A stretch of 64,000 nt of DNA from Methanomassiliicoccaceae archaeon. Its GTDB lineage: Archaea; Thermoplasmatota; Thermoplasmata; Methanomassiliicoccales; Methanomassiliicoccaceae. The position numbers and the translations under genes were made by a program. This document shows positions 26,310 to 35,690 of this stretch, one piece after another (positions within the stretch are counted from its first letter, which is position 1; every line of letters starts with the position of its first letter). The notes beneath the pieces were generated by a model. It did not search any database. It was not told the DNA's origin and was given only the letters and a program-made list of their open reading frames with translations. The DNA is taken from positions 512,001-576,000 of the forward strand of contig JAXGZN010000001.1 of the NCBI GenBank assembly GCA_040776945.1, read 5' to 3'.

Positions 26310-28844
26310 TCAATCCCTTTTTCGTGCGATCACCTTCACCACCTCCATCCAGAAGGTCCCTGCGATCGCCAGGGCGATGATGAGGCCCCACACCTCAGGC
26401 GGAAGGGAGGTGGTCTTGATCGCATCGTGAAGGAAAGAGGCTTCGGAGGCGAGCAGTGCGAAAAAAATGGCGGCCACTACCCAAAGGTCCATCGTGCGGT
26501 TGCTCAGTGGCCCAAGCTTGTACATCGGCTGCCGTTCCGACCGCATGTTGAGCGCCAACAGAACATGGCCGATCAGCCAGGTGACGAATGCTGCGGTCTG
26601 GGCTAGAACCAGGTCGTTGTAGCTCGTTCGAGCGATGTAATAGGCTAGGAAGACCGCTATGAACAGTCCGGCCGACGATGCGAAGATGGACGCGACCATC
26701 CTGCGATCGAGAAAGGGATCTCGGGGATCGCGGGGAGGTATCAGCATGATGTCCCTCTCAGCCTTCTCTGCAACGAAGGCCGCCGACGCTCCCAGGTCCA
26801 TGAACAGCTCCAACAGTATGATCTGGAGCGGAGTGAAGGGGACATCCAGCAGAAGGACGACCGCTGTCATGGTCACAGCGATCAGCGCGACCTTGCAAGC
26901 GAGATAGTAGCGCACACCTTTGGTGAGATTTGCAAAGAGCTTACGCCCCTCTCGGATCGCCTGGACGATGGTGTTGAAGTTGTTGTCCCTGAGCACCACG
27001 TCCGCGGATTCCCTGGCCACGTCCGTTCCTCCCTGGCCCATGGCCACCCCGATGTCCGCCGCCATCAAGGCCGGCGCGTCATTGATGCCATCTCCGGTGA
27101 CGGCTACCCTGTCCCCGCGGGCCTGGAAGGCCTTCACTATGCGGAGCTTCTGTTCTGGCGAGGTCCGGGCGAACACTCCCGCCGTGCCGATCGCCTCGGC
27201 CAACGCGGCCTCGTCCATCTTGTCTAACTCGTTCCCTAGGGCCAATCTCCCTACCGGCAGGCCGACCTGATGGGCCACCGCTCTCGCTGTCAGGGGGTGG
27301 TCGCCGGTGATCATAACCGGGCGTATGCCAGCCCCCTCCACGGCTTCGATGGCCGTCCGGGCCTCCGGCCGAGGGGGATCGAACATGCCGACCATCCCGG
27401 CGAACACCATTTTGCCATCCAGGCCCTCGGCCACCCCGAGGACCCTAAACCCTCTAGATGCCATATCTTCCATGCGCGCGAGGAATGCGGCCCTCGATCC
27501 CTCATCCAGGGTCACCATCGCGCCGTCCTCAAGATAATGGGTGCAAGGTCCTAGAACGTCCTCAGGGGACCCTTTGAATATCTCCCTACGTCCTGCGGGC
27601 CCCTCGACCAAGACCGACATCCGCCTGAGCGCACTATCGAACGGACGTTCGGAGAGGACCCTCTCTCTTGCCCGTAGGCCGCCGACATCTATGCCTTCCT
27701 TGCTCGCCTCCTCCAGGACCGCCACATCGGTGGGGTCGCCGGCGAGACCTTCGAAGGTTATGCGTGCATGGTTCGCCAGAGATGAGAGGGTGAGCAGTTC
27801 CCTTCTTGGTCCCCAGATCTCCTTTACTTCCAGCCGGTTCTCGGTCAGCGTACCGGTCTTGTCGGTGCAGATCACGGTCACCGCCCCCAAGGACTCCACT
27901 GCCTGCAGCTTCTTGACCACTGCGTTCTGCTTCGAAAGTTGATAGCCGCCCAGGGCGAGCACCATGGTTATAATGATGGGCAGTTCCTCTGGTATCGTGG
28001 CGAAGGCCAGGGACAGGGCGGTGAGGACCATCGTCTGAGGGTCCTGGCCGTTGATGAGCCAACCTAGAAAGGGGACCAGGGCCGAGAAAGCAATGGCCAG
28101 CGCGACCATCCATTTGGTCAGGTCCCTCATCGCCATCTGTAGCACCGTTCGGGGCGGCCTCTCTCTTCGGGCCAGTGCTGTGATGCGGCCAAGCTCGGTT
28201 TCCTTGCCTGTGGCCACCACCACCGCTCGTCCCAGTCCGCGGACCACCAAGGTGCCAGAGTAGAGCATGTTGGAGCGTTCGGCCAAGGGAACTTCGCCGA
28301 GCGGCTCGGCGCTCTTCTCCACCGGCACTGGTTCACCGGTAAGCGAGGACTCATCGACCGCAAGGCCCCTGGACTCAATGACCCGGGCATCGGCAGGAAC
28401 CCTCTTGCCGCCGTCCATTACGATCAGGTCCCCCGGTACGACGCTGTCTACCGGTACATCCATTTCCCTGCCTTCCCTCACTACGGTCGTATTGGGCTGA
28501 GAGACCGTGTTCAGCGTTTGGATGGTCTTCTTGGCCCTGAACTCGTTGTAGACCTCCACCATTACCAGGACGAAGATTACGATGAATATCGTCACCGCGT
28601 CCTCCGGCGCGCCCATGGCCGAATACAGGACGCCGATGAGCAGCAGAAGGAGGACCATTGGCTCGGTGACTTCCTCGACCGCGACCTTCCACCATCTCAG
28701 GGTCTCCTCCTCATATTGGACGTTACGTCCGTACCGAGCCGCGCGATCTCTCACTTGCAGGAGGTTTAGGCCTTCGGGCCCGCTGTCCATTTCGGCCAAG
28801 ACCTTGTCGGCCGCCTGACGGTGTCGATCGGTCACGTCCATCAA
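26310..28844 (-). CDS. P-type cation-transporting ATPase (P2, Ca2+-type)
   Basis: DESSLTGE, IPEELP, DKTGTLT, MITGDH, TGDGINDAPAL. Confidence 0.95.
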   Translation of the reverse strand: MMDVTDRHRQAADKVLAEMDSGPEGLNLLQVRDRAARYGRNVQYEEETLRWWKVAVEEVTEPMVLLLLLIGVLYSAMGAPEDAVTIFIVIFVLVMVEVYNEFRAKKTIQTLNTVSQPNTTVVREGREMDVPVDSVVPGDLIVMDGGKRVPADARVIESRGLAVDESSLTGEPVPVEKSAEPLGEVPLAERSNMLYSGTLVVRGLGRAVVVATGKETELGRITALARRERPPRTVLQMAMRDLTKWMVALAIAFSALVPFLGWLINGQDPQTMVLTALSLAFATIPEELPIIITMVLALGGYQLSKQNAVVKKLQAVESLGAVTVICTDKTGTLTENRLEVKEIWGPRRELLTLSSLANHARITFEGLAGDPTDVAVLEEASKEGIDVGGLRARERVLSERPFDSALRRMSVLVEGPAGRREIFKGSPEDVLGPCTHYLEDGAMVTLDEGSRAAFLARMEDMASRGFRVLGVAEGLDGKMVFAGMVGMFDPPRPEARTAIEAVEGAGIRPVMITGDHPLTARAVAHQVGLPVGRLALGNELDKMDEAALAEAIGTAGVFARTSPEQKLRIVKAFQARGDRVAVTGDGINDAPALMAADIGVAMGQGGTDVARESADVVLRDNNFNTIVQAIREGRKLFANLTKGVRYYLACKVALIAVTMTAVVLLLDVPFTPLQIILLELFMDLGASAAFVAEKAERDIMLIPPRDPRDPFLDRRMVASIFASSAGLFIAVFLAYYIARTSYNDLVLAQTAAFVTWLIGHVLLALNMRSERQPMYKLGPLSNRTMDLWVVAAIFFALLASEASFLHDAIKTTSLPPEVWGLIIALAIAGTFWMEVVKVIARKRD

Positions 28845-29146
28845 GCTAGTGGTGGCAGGTCGGAGAATAATTCATTTACCATTGCCGGGTCGAATGCCCG
28901 GCGGAGGAACGCGGCCTAATTGGGAGATCTAGGCACGATCTTGCATCCTAGCTCCCTTCGGGTCCAAGGGCCTTTACCACATCCACGGCAGGCCTTCCGG
29001 ATAGGACCATCCCTATTGCCAATCCTGCTGCCAGGTCATTCATGCAAGGCACGTCCTGCCTGGTGAGGTTTGCCCGAGGTGCCGGAGATGTCTCTGGTCA
29101 CCTCGGAAGAGGCCGCTGCCTCTCTTTCTTCGCAGTCCTCCAAAGA

Positions 29147-30751
29147 TCACTCTGCCCCGGTCCGTCCGTTGGTCCCCATCTCGCTCTTCGTCATCATCGA
29201 TTCGGCGATCCAACCGGCGGTCAGTGCGATGATCGATGCTGGGAGGGCTATGACCATGGGGTCCACGACCTGCCAGGGCATCCCCAGGATGGCGTCATGG
29301 CCGGTCAGGAACCTGCTGATGCCCAAGATCGAGGATTCTTTGATGTGCACAAAGAAGGTCCAGAAGAACCAAGCTCCTCCCCCCAGGCCAAGAGATAGTT
29401 TGGCCCCTAGCGTGGACGGGCTCTTGCTGAATAGGCCATGCACGAAGGCGGGCAGGAAGGCGCATGCGCACAGGCCCATGAACATAGCGGTGGCCCGGGC
29501 GATGATGCTTTCCGGCATTATCAGGGATAGTGCGACGGAAACGATTATCATGGCGAACGTACCCGCCTTGTTGGCGCTGAGCGAGGGCTTCGAATGGTCA
29601 TCGACCTTCCTGAGGCGCTTTACATTGGACCAGAGGTCGTACCCAGCGGTGGTGCCCATGGTATGGAATATCGCGCTCAAGGTAGACATGGCCGCAGCTA
29701 GGAGCACCAGCATGAAGATGACCACGAACAGGTCGGGCATCGCGGAGCTGATGAATAGAGGCATGATCTTGTCAAAGTTGCCATTGGCAGCGTCTATGGC
29801 GATCTTTCCAGTGGTGTCCATGAAGTATACGTTGGTCAGCGGCCCGACCGTGTACGCGACCCCGGTGGTCAGCAGAATGAACAGTCCGCCTACCGGTATC
29901 GCCCTGCTCAGCGCCCTGTTGTCCTTGGCGGTCATGAACCTGACCACCAACTGCGGCTGGGCCAATACGCCTATTCCGACACCCATGATTATGGTGGTGA
30001 CCATCACCAGCCACAGCTCAGAGCCCAGCTCAGGGAAGGTCGTCCAGCCGGTCATCCCTTTGCTGGCATATGATGATGGCACCATTGGGGCCATGTCCGT
30101 CAGCCTGGTGAAGGCAGTGGTGGGGTCGCCGAGTAGCATGAATGTGAGCAGCAGGAGCACGGCCATGCCCACGATCATGATAATTCCCTGCATGGCATCT
30201 GTGTACATCACCGCCTTCAATCCGCCTAGTGTGACATAGATAGCGGTCACTGCAGCGAAAGCGACCAGGGCCAGATGGAAGTCGACGGACAAGGCCGTCT
30301 CCACGAAGCGCGAACCTCCTATGAGGACCGCGGAGGCGTACAATGGCATGGCGATCAGGACGATAACCGCAGCGGTATACTGCATGAACGGTGAGCGGAA
30401 CCTCCTGCCCATCAGGTCGGGGAAAGTGACCGCCTTCAACCGCATTCCCAGCTCCCTGGTCCTCTTTCCGAAGACCACGAACGCCAGAAGCACTCCAACT
30501 GATATGTTCAACATAGCCAGCCATATCAGTCCCATGCCGTATGCGGCGGCAGTCCCTCCGAAACCGACGATCGCTGACGTGGAAATGAAAGTGGCACCGT
30601 ACGACAGACCGATGATCCAGGGGTGGATGTTGCGGCCAGCGAGCATAAAGTCCTCAGAGGCCTTGGTGCGCTTGAAACCCAAATATCCGAGGAAGAGTGT
30701 CGTCGCCACATATAGTATGGTGAACGCCCAGAACGTTGTGTTGTCCACCAC
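29147..30751 (-). CDS. Sodium:solute symporter family protein
   Basis: DFMLAGR, ATFISTSAIVG, GGLKAVMYTD, AAAMST; many TM helices. GTG start at 30751 or 30748. Confidence 0.93.
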   Translation of the reverse strand: MVDNTTFWAFTILYVATTLFLGYLGFKRTKASEDFMLAGRNIHPWIIGLSYGATFISTSAIVGFGGTAAAYGMGLIWLAMLNISVGVLLAFVVFGKRTRELGMRLKAVTFPDLMGRRFRSPFMQYTAAVIVLIAMPLYASAVLIGGSRFVETALSVDFHLALVAFAAVTAIYVTLGGLKAVMYTDAMQGIIMIVGMAVLLLLTFMLLGDPTTAFTRLTDMAPMVPSSYASKGMTGWTTFPELGSELWLVMVTTIIMGVGIGVLAQPQLVVRFMTAKDNRALSRAIPVGGLFILLTTGVAYTVGPLTNVYFMDTTGKIAIDAANGNFDKIMPLFISSAMPDLFVVIFMLVLLAAAMSTLSAIFHTMGTTAGYDLWSNVKRLRKVDDHSKPSLSANKAGTFAMIIVSVALSLIMPESIIARATAMFMGLCACAFLPAFVHGLFSKSPSTLGAKLSLGLGGGAWFFWTFFVHIKESSILGISRFLTGHDAILGMPWQVVDPMVIALPASIIALTAGWIAESMMTKSEMGTNGRTGAE

Positions 30752-30752
30752 C

Positions 30753-30869
30753 TCACTCCTCCCCCCTCGCTTCGTCCCTCTTCCACCATCCATACACAAC
30801 GCAAGCGAGAGTGAATCCTATGGCCAAACCATAACCGAGCAATATCCATGGGTCATCGATGCCGAACAT
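30753..30869 (-). CDS. Symporter small accessory membrane protein (38 aa)
   Basis: Not in ORF track. MFGIDDPWILLGYGLAIGFTLACVVYGWWKRDEARGEE; GGAGG SD upstream; ends just before the SSS start. Confidence 0.85.
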   Translation of the reverse strand: MFGIDDPWILLGYGLAIGFTLACVVYGWWKRDEARGEE

Positions 30870-30943
30870 TTTTTGTTTCCTCCCACCGACGGAGATGCGG
30901 TCGATGTCCACGATCGTTCTCCTTGGGCCGCGAAGAATTGCCT

Positions 30944-30990
30944 TGCTAGTATTTTAAGAGTGTCGTGTGCTAGCTAGGCTCACGCTAGCA
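30944..30990. promoter_or_regulatory. TATA box and palindromic operator upstream of the symporter operon
   Basis: TGCTAGC-N9-GCTAGCA at 30968-30990, half-site TGCTAGT at 30944-30950, minus-strand TTAAAATA at 30957-30950. Confidence 0.5.
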
Positions 30991-31127
30991 ATTATCATAT
31001 CAAGCGCGCCGAGCCCGCAGGGGCCTGGAGCGGAGGGGCGGACGACCTGCGGCCCCGATGGATTTCTCGGCTACGCTCCGGAGGACCGGACGCAACATTA
31101 ATTTCCCGGCGCCGTCATCTGATGTTC

Positions 31128-31403
31128 ATGGTTGACAAGCTTGATTATCTCTACGCCATGCTAGATGACCTGGACGACGACCTGGGCGCGATGCAGGAGG
31201 ACCTGGAGATGGTCCTTGAGCTGCTGGAGGAGGGAGATGTCAGGAAGGCGCAGATCATCCTTGCCGAGATGAACCAGTTCCTCATAGACTTCCTGGAGCC
31301 GGAAGAGTGTGACGACGAGGAATGCGAATGCGTGGAGATCGAGGAGATGGAGGAGGACGAGGGACCTTCCTCTGAAGGTGAGAAGAAAAAGGATAAGAAG
31401 TAA
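31128..31403 (+). CDS. Highly acidic small hypothetical protein
   Basis: Coherent helical N-terminus, D/E-rich, Lys-rich tail; upstream ATTAAT box. Start ATG 31122 or 31128. Confidence 0.75.
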   Translation: MVDKLDYLYAMLDDLDDDLGAMQEDLEMVLELLEEGDVRKAQIILAEMNQFLIDFLEPEECDDEECECVEIEEMEEDEGPSSEGEKKKDKK

Positions 31404-31423
31404 AAAGGGGGCGTCCTGCCCAC

Positions 31424-32482
31424 CTATATTTTGCAGACCCCGCCAGAGCACTTCAGCACTTTTTCCTCGATTATTGAAACAGCGCGGTCCACGTCCTCCG
31501 AGGTTATCCCTCGGTGTGTCACTAGACGAACGAGACCCGGCCCGAACTCTGAGAGCAGGAGGCCGTTGCTCCTCGCATCCTGGAGGAATCCCGCCACCGT
31601 CCTTCCGGTCGCGGAGATGTCCATTACAACGATGTTCGTCTGTACGGTGGACATGTCGATCTTGATGCCATCCAGTCCGCTCAAGGCATTGGCCATCCTC
31701 TTGGCGTTGTCATGGTCTTCCTTGAGCCGCGAGATCATGCTATCGAGGGCCACGATGCCGGGTGCGGCGATTATGCCGGCCTGCCGCATCCCCCCGCCGA
31801 GCATCTTGCGCTTCCTCCTGCAGGCGTCAATGAAAGCAGCGTCCCCGACCACCATCGAGCCGACCGGGCAGCTAAGGCCCTTCGACAGACAGAACTGGAC
31901 CGAGTCCACATGCCGAGCGTAGGCCCTCACGTCGACGTCCAGGGCTATGCAGGCGTTGAATATCCTGGCGCCGTCGATGTGGACCTTCATGCCCAGATCG
32001 TGGGCGGTCTTAGCCACCTCCGCTACCTGGGCAGGGGTCCAGCAGGTCCCTCCGGCCCGATTATGGGTGTTCTCTATCTCCACCAGCCGAGAGATGGGGA
32101 AGTGGAGGTCGTCCCCCCTGGCGGCCTCACGGACCTGTTCCCCGGTGAAGATGCCGCGGTCACCTCTGATGAGACGGGGTATGATCCCGGCGATCGCGGA
32201 CATATTGCCGGCCTCATAGTAATACATGTGGGACTCTGACTCTAGGATTATCTCGTCTCCTGGCCGGCAGTGGGCCATCAGAGCTACGAGATTTCCCTGA
32301 GTGCCGCTGGTAACAAGCAGCGAGCCTTCCTTGCCGAAGAGCCTGGCCGCCTTCTCTTGCAACGCATTGACCGTCGGGTCCCGGCAGTTCACATCGTCCC
32401 CCAGATCCGCTCTGGCAATGGCATCCATCATCTCCTTGGTGGGAAGGGTGACGGTATCGCTCTCCAAATTGATGATGTTCAA
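31424..32482 (-). CDS. ltaE: Low-specificity L-threonine aldolase
   Basis: SDTVT.P, SGTQGN, ENTHN, HIDGARIFN, CLSKGL..PVGS, GGGMRQAG; TTG start. Confidence 0.93.
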   Translation of the reverse strand: MNIINLESDTVTLPTKEMMDAIARADLGDDVNCRDPTVNALQEKAARLFGKEGSLLVTSGTQGNLVALMAHCRPGDEIILESESHMYYYEAGNMSAIAGIIPRLIRGDRGIFTGEQVREAARGDDLHFPISRLVEIENTHNRAGGTCWTPAQVAEVAKTAHDLGMKVHIDGARIFNACIALDVDVRAYARHVDSVQFCLSKGLSCPVGSMVVGDAAFIDACRRKRKMLGGGMRQAGIIAAPGIVALDSMISRLKEDHDNAKRMANALSGLDGIKIDMSTVQTNIVVMDISATGRTVAGFLQDARSNGLLLSEFGPGLVRLVTHRGITSEDVDRAVSIIEEKVLKCSGGVCKI

Positions 32483-32636
32483 ATTGTGACCCCTTGACGC
32501 CGTTCGGCGTCGGGAGGCCAGAGTCCCGGACCGCTAATAAGTGTTTTGTTTAGAACCGAGGTCTTCTCCTCACGTTCATCGATCGAACCATTGGTCAACC
32601 GAGAAATAATTGGCGGCGCATTAGGCCTTCTGTCCA

Positions 32637-32816
32637 ATGAAGAGAACTCTCCTAAAAATCTTAGCGTGCCCCGCCTGCAAGCACCACCCTCTTGAACTGG
32701 AAGCGGTAGTCGAGGACAGCGCAGAGGTGATCGAGGGATCGCTCTTGTGCGGCCGGTGCGGCAATGTATACCGGATCGTGGATTCGATACCTGAGATGAT
32801 CCCTCCGGACCACTGA
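32637..32816 (+). CDS. trm112: Trm112 family methyltransferase activator
   Basis: Not in ORF track. MKRTLLKILACPACKHHPLEL...IEGSLLCGRCGNVYRIVDSIPEMIPPDH (59 aa). Confidence 0.9.
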   Translation: MKRTLLKILACPACKHHPLELEAVVEDSAEVIEGSLLCGRCGNVYRIVDSIPEMIPPDH

Positions 32817-32834
32817 CAGGGGCGTTCCCGCAGC

Positions 32835-33989
32835 TCACAGCTTGGCGAGCGCTTCCTTAATGCGCCCCATCCCCTCGACTATGTCCTTCCTGGAGCAGGC
32901 GTAGGATATGCGGAAGTGCCCTTCGCCCGCCGGGCCGAACGCTGAGCCTGGGGTTACGGCCACGTGAGCCTTCTCCAACAAATACGCGGCCATGTCCTCG
33001 GAGCTCATGTTCTGGCTGTAGGCGGGGAACAGATAGAACGCGCCGGCCGGCTCGGGGCAATGCAGAGAGGGGATCTCCCTTATGAGCGACATTATCAGAC
33101 TTCGGCGAGCCTTGAACTCAGCGACCATATCCCTCAATGAGTCCTGGGGGCCGTTCAACGCCTCTACTCCGGCCTTTTGCACGAAGGACGTCACGTTGGT
33201 AAGGGAGTGGGTCTGCAGCACGTTAAGGGCCTTGATATATGTGACCGGAGCTATTGCCCAACCAAGTCTCCAGCCCGTCATGGCATATGATTTGGATACT
33301 CCGTTAACGGTGATCGTCCTGTCGAACATGCCTTCCATGGCAGCTATGGAATGATGCTCGCCTTCGAACAGCACCTTCTCGTAAACCTCATCGCTCATCA
33401 CCAGGAGGTCGTGGTCCTTGGCCAGGTCCGCAATGCCCGCGATATCGTCCCTCGAAAGGACCGCCCCGGTCGGGTTTGAAGGGGAGTTCATCAGCACCAT
33501 CTTGGTCCTGGGACCTATCTGCTCAGCGACCTTTTCCGGGGTCATGCGATATGCGGTATCAGCGTCCAATTTGGCGAACCTGGGCACTCCGCCGGCCAAA
33601 CGGATGCACGCCTCGTAGGTGCCCCAAGTTATGTCCGGGAGAATGACCTCATCTCCTTCATCGATGAAGGCTAGCATGGTGAGGAATATCGCTTGTTTGG
33701 TAGGGGTGATGAGCACGTTGGCGTCGGCACAAGGTATCCCATTGTCCCTCCGGGCCTTATCGGCCACCGCCTTCCTCAGCTCAGGAATGCCTGCAGATGG
33801 AGTGTAATGGGAGAAATGCGCTTCGATGGACCTGATGCATGCTTGATTGATATTTTCTGGCGTAGGGAAGTCCGGTTCGCCCATGGAGAAGGAGATCACG
33901 TCCACTCCCTCTTGCTTGAGTTTGCTAACGATGTTAGCGATCTTCACCGTCCCCGATTCCGGTACATTGCCGAGCCGCCTCGCAAGCAT
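32835..33989 (-). CDS. Class I/II PLP aminotransferase (aspartate/aromatic type)
   Basis: GEPDF.TP, NSPSNPTG, SDEVY, SKSYAMTGWRLG. True start ATG 33989. Confidence 0.92.
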   Translation of the reverse strand: MLARRLGNVPESGTVKIANIVSKLKQEGVDVISFSMGEPDFPTPENINQACIRSIEAHFSHYTPSAGIPELRKAVADKARRDNGIPCADANVLITPTKQAIFLTMLAFIDEGDEVILPDITWGTYEACIRLAGGVPRFAKLDADTAYRMTPEKVAEQIGPRTKMVLMNSPSNPTGAVLSRDDIAGIADLAKDHDLLVMSDEVYEKVLFEGEHHSIAAMEGMFDRTITVNGVSKSYAMTGWRLGWAIAPVTYIKALNVLQTHSLTNVTSFVQKAGVEALNGPQDSLRDMVAEFKARRSLIMSLIREIPSLHCPEPAGAFYLFPAYSQNMSSEDMAAYLLEKAHVAVTPGSAFGPAGEGHFRISYACSRKDIVEGMGRIKEALAKL

Positions 33990-34154
33990 CAGGTCAAGGA
34001 TAAGAGGCCCCTGATTTAAAGGTAGTGAAGAGGCTGACCAGACGCGCGACGCGGCTGCGTCTTCCGCATCACCTCTGGTCCCTGTCGTAGCGACCAGGGC
34101 GGTCCTCAGCAATTTTGAAATACAGGGCAGGGATAACCAGCATTGGTGAGAAAA

Positions 34155-35063
34155 ATGCCTTTCGAATTGGACATGTCCAAGCTCCGGTACGGTACCGACC
34201 TCATCAAGAGAGGTTTCGCCAGGATGCAGCAGGGAGGGGTCGTTATGGATGTCACCAATGCCGACCAGGCCCAGATTGCCGAGGAGGCCGGGGCGGTCGC
34301 GGTAATGGCCTTGGAGAGGGTTCCTGCGGACATCAGGGCCCAGGGCGGGGTTGCGAGAATGTCCGACCCGTCCATAATAGAGAAGATCATCGATACGGTG
34401 ACCATACCGGTGATGGCCAAGTGCCGGATCGGCCACTTCGTAGAGGCCCGGGTGCTCGAGTCCCTGGGGGTGGACATGATCGATGAGTCCGAGGTGCTTA
34501 CGCCGGCAGACCCGTTCTATCATGTGGAGAAAAGCGGGTTCACTGTCCCCTTCGTTTGCGGGGCCCGGGACCTCGGAGAGGCGCTCAGACGTATCGATGA
34601 GGGGGCCGCCATGATCAGGACCAAGGGGGAGGCGGGAACCGGGAACGTCATAGAGGCGGTACGCCACCAAAGGGTCATTATGGGCAAGGTCCGCGAGCTA
34701 AAGGGCAAGAACGATGACGAGCTTAGGACCGTGGCCCGAGAGATCCAGGCCCCATTTCTGTTGGTGCGGGAAGTGGCCCATCTCCAGCGGCTGCCAGTGA
34801 TAAACTTTGCCGCGGGAGGGATCGCGACGCCCGCGGACGCGGCTCTTATGATGCAGCTTGGCTCCGACGGTGTCTTCGTAGGTTCCGGAATATTCAAGTC
34901 CGATGACCCTGCTAGGAGGGCCAAGGCCATTGTTGAGGCGGTTGCCCACTTCGACGATCCGAAGGTCATCGCCAGCGTGTCCAAGGACCTCGGGGATGCC
35001 ATGAAGGGCATCGAGATATCGGACATCCCTGCGGACCAGCGCCTTCAGGAGCGCGGCTGGTGA
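34155..35063 (+). CDS. pdxS: Pyridoxal 5'-phosphate synthase lyase subunit
   Basis: [47 protein letters not shown] end. Confidence 0.97.
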   Translation: MPFELDMSKLRYGTDLIKRGFARMQQGGVVMDVTNADQAQIAEEAGAVAVMALERVPADIRAQGGVARMSDPSIIEKIIDTVTIPVMAKCRIGHFVEARVLESLGVDMIDESEVLTPADPFYHVEKSGFTVPFVCGARDLGEALRRIDEGAAMIRTKGEAGTGNVIEAVRHQRVIMGKVRELKGKNDDELRTVAREIQAPFLLVREVAHLQRLPVINFAAGGIATPADAALMMQLGSDGVFVGSGIFKSDDPARRAKAIVEAVAHFDDPKVIASVSKDLGDAMKGIEISDIPADQRLQERGW

Positions 35064-35066
35064 GCC

Positions 35067-35690
35067 TTAACCCCTCTTGGTTTTTCTATCCTGGACTGCC
35101 TGGAGGACCTCGGCGGCCACCTCCGGCACCTTCATCAATCTCGACCCCAAGGAGACCGAGATGTCCGAAAGTTCGTATACTGGGCTTATATAATCCCCCT
35201 CCGGGAACCCTCCGATCAATACAAGCGCCAGGCCGTTGCCCGCTCGGCGGAGAGCATCTTCTAGAGAGGTTTCCGTCCCAAACTGCGACATCGCGATCAC
35301 GATATCCGCCCGAACATCACTCACCAGTGTGCTAAGGTCCTTCTGCTTGACGGCATATCCCGGGACCGTTCCGCCCATGAGCAGATCGCCCATTTCCTTG
35401 AGGAACCGGACATAGTTCGGGTGCACCTCAGCGTTCTGGTCGACCTCGACCACCTTTTGGTCCCTCGTGTGTACGAACACGCGAAGGCGCCCCTGCCGGT
35501 TCAGCTCGGAGCCTTGGCACAACAGAAGGGCGCTGTGCACGATATCTCCCCGACCTCTGCGCGAGGCGTCTTGGAGATTGGACATGAGGTCGTCGTGAAG
35601 GAACGCGTCGAGAACCTTGATGGGTCCCGTTCTCGACGATTCCGGGACCAGTTCCAGTTCAGCGTCGACCAAAACTATGGCAAGGTTCAC
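35067..35690 (-). CDS. nep1: Nep1/Emg1 family SPOUT rRNA methyltransferase (divergent)
   Basis: ELELVP, LD..LH, RRGR.DIVH..LL....S.LN..G.L...VHT, IGGFPEG. GTG start overlaps the purP stop. Confidence 0.8.
   Translation of the reverse strand: MNLAIVLVDAELELVPESSRTGPIKVLDAFLHDDLMSNLQDASRRGRGDIVHSALLLCQGSELNRQGRLRVFVHTRDQKVVEVDQNAEVHPNYVRFLKEMGDLLMGGTVPGYAVKQKDLSTLVSDVRADIVIAMSQFGTETSLEDALRRAGNGLALVLIGGFPEGDYISPVYELSDISVSLGSRLMKVPEVAAEVLQAVQDRKTKRG

Noticed and set aside
28880-29135. SRP RNA or RNase P RNA
   Set aside because: The size fits, but the SRP helix-8 motif and RNase P P4 signatures are not present on either strand.
29070-30239. Long plus-strand ORF (389 aa) and similar antisense ORFs (1492-2307, 9511-10425, 54338-55279)
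   Set aside because: Shadow frames of real genes in GC-rich DNA; no motifs.
32835-34670. 611-aa aminotransferase fusion in the ORF track
   Set aside because: The extension is antisense to pdxS; the real start is ATG 33989 downstream of a TTTAAA box.
34155-35063. pdxS without pdxT
   Set aside because: The two genes are often unlinked in archaea; absence cannot be judged from one window.
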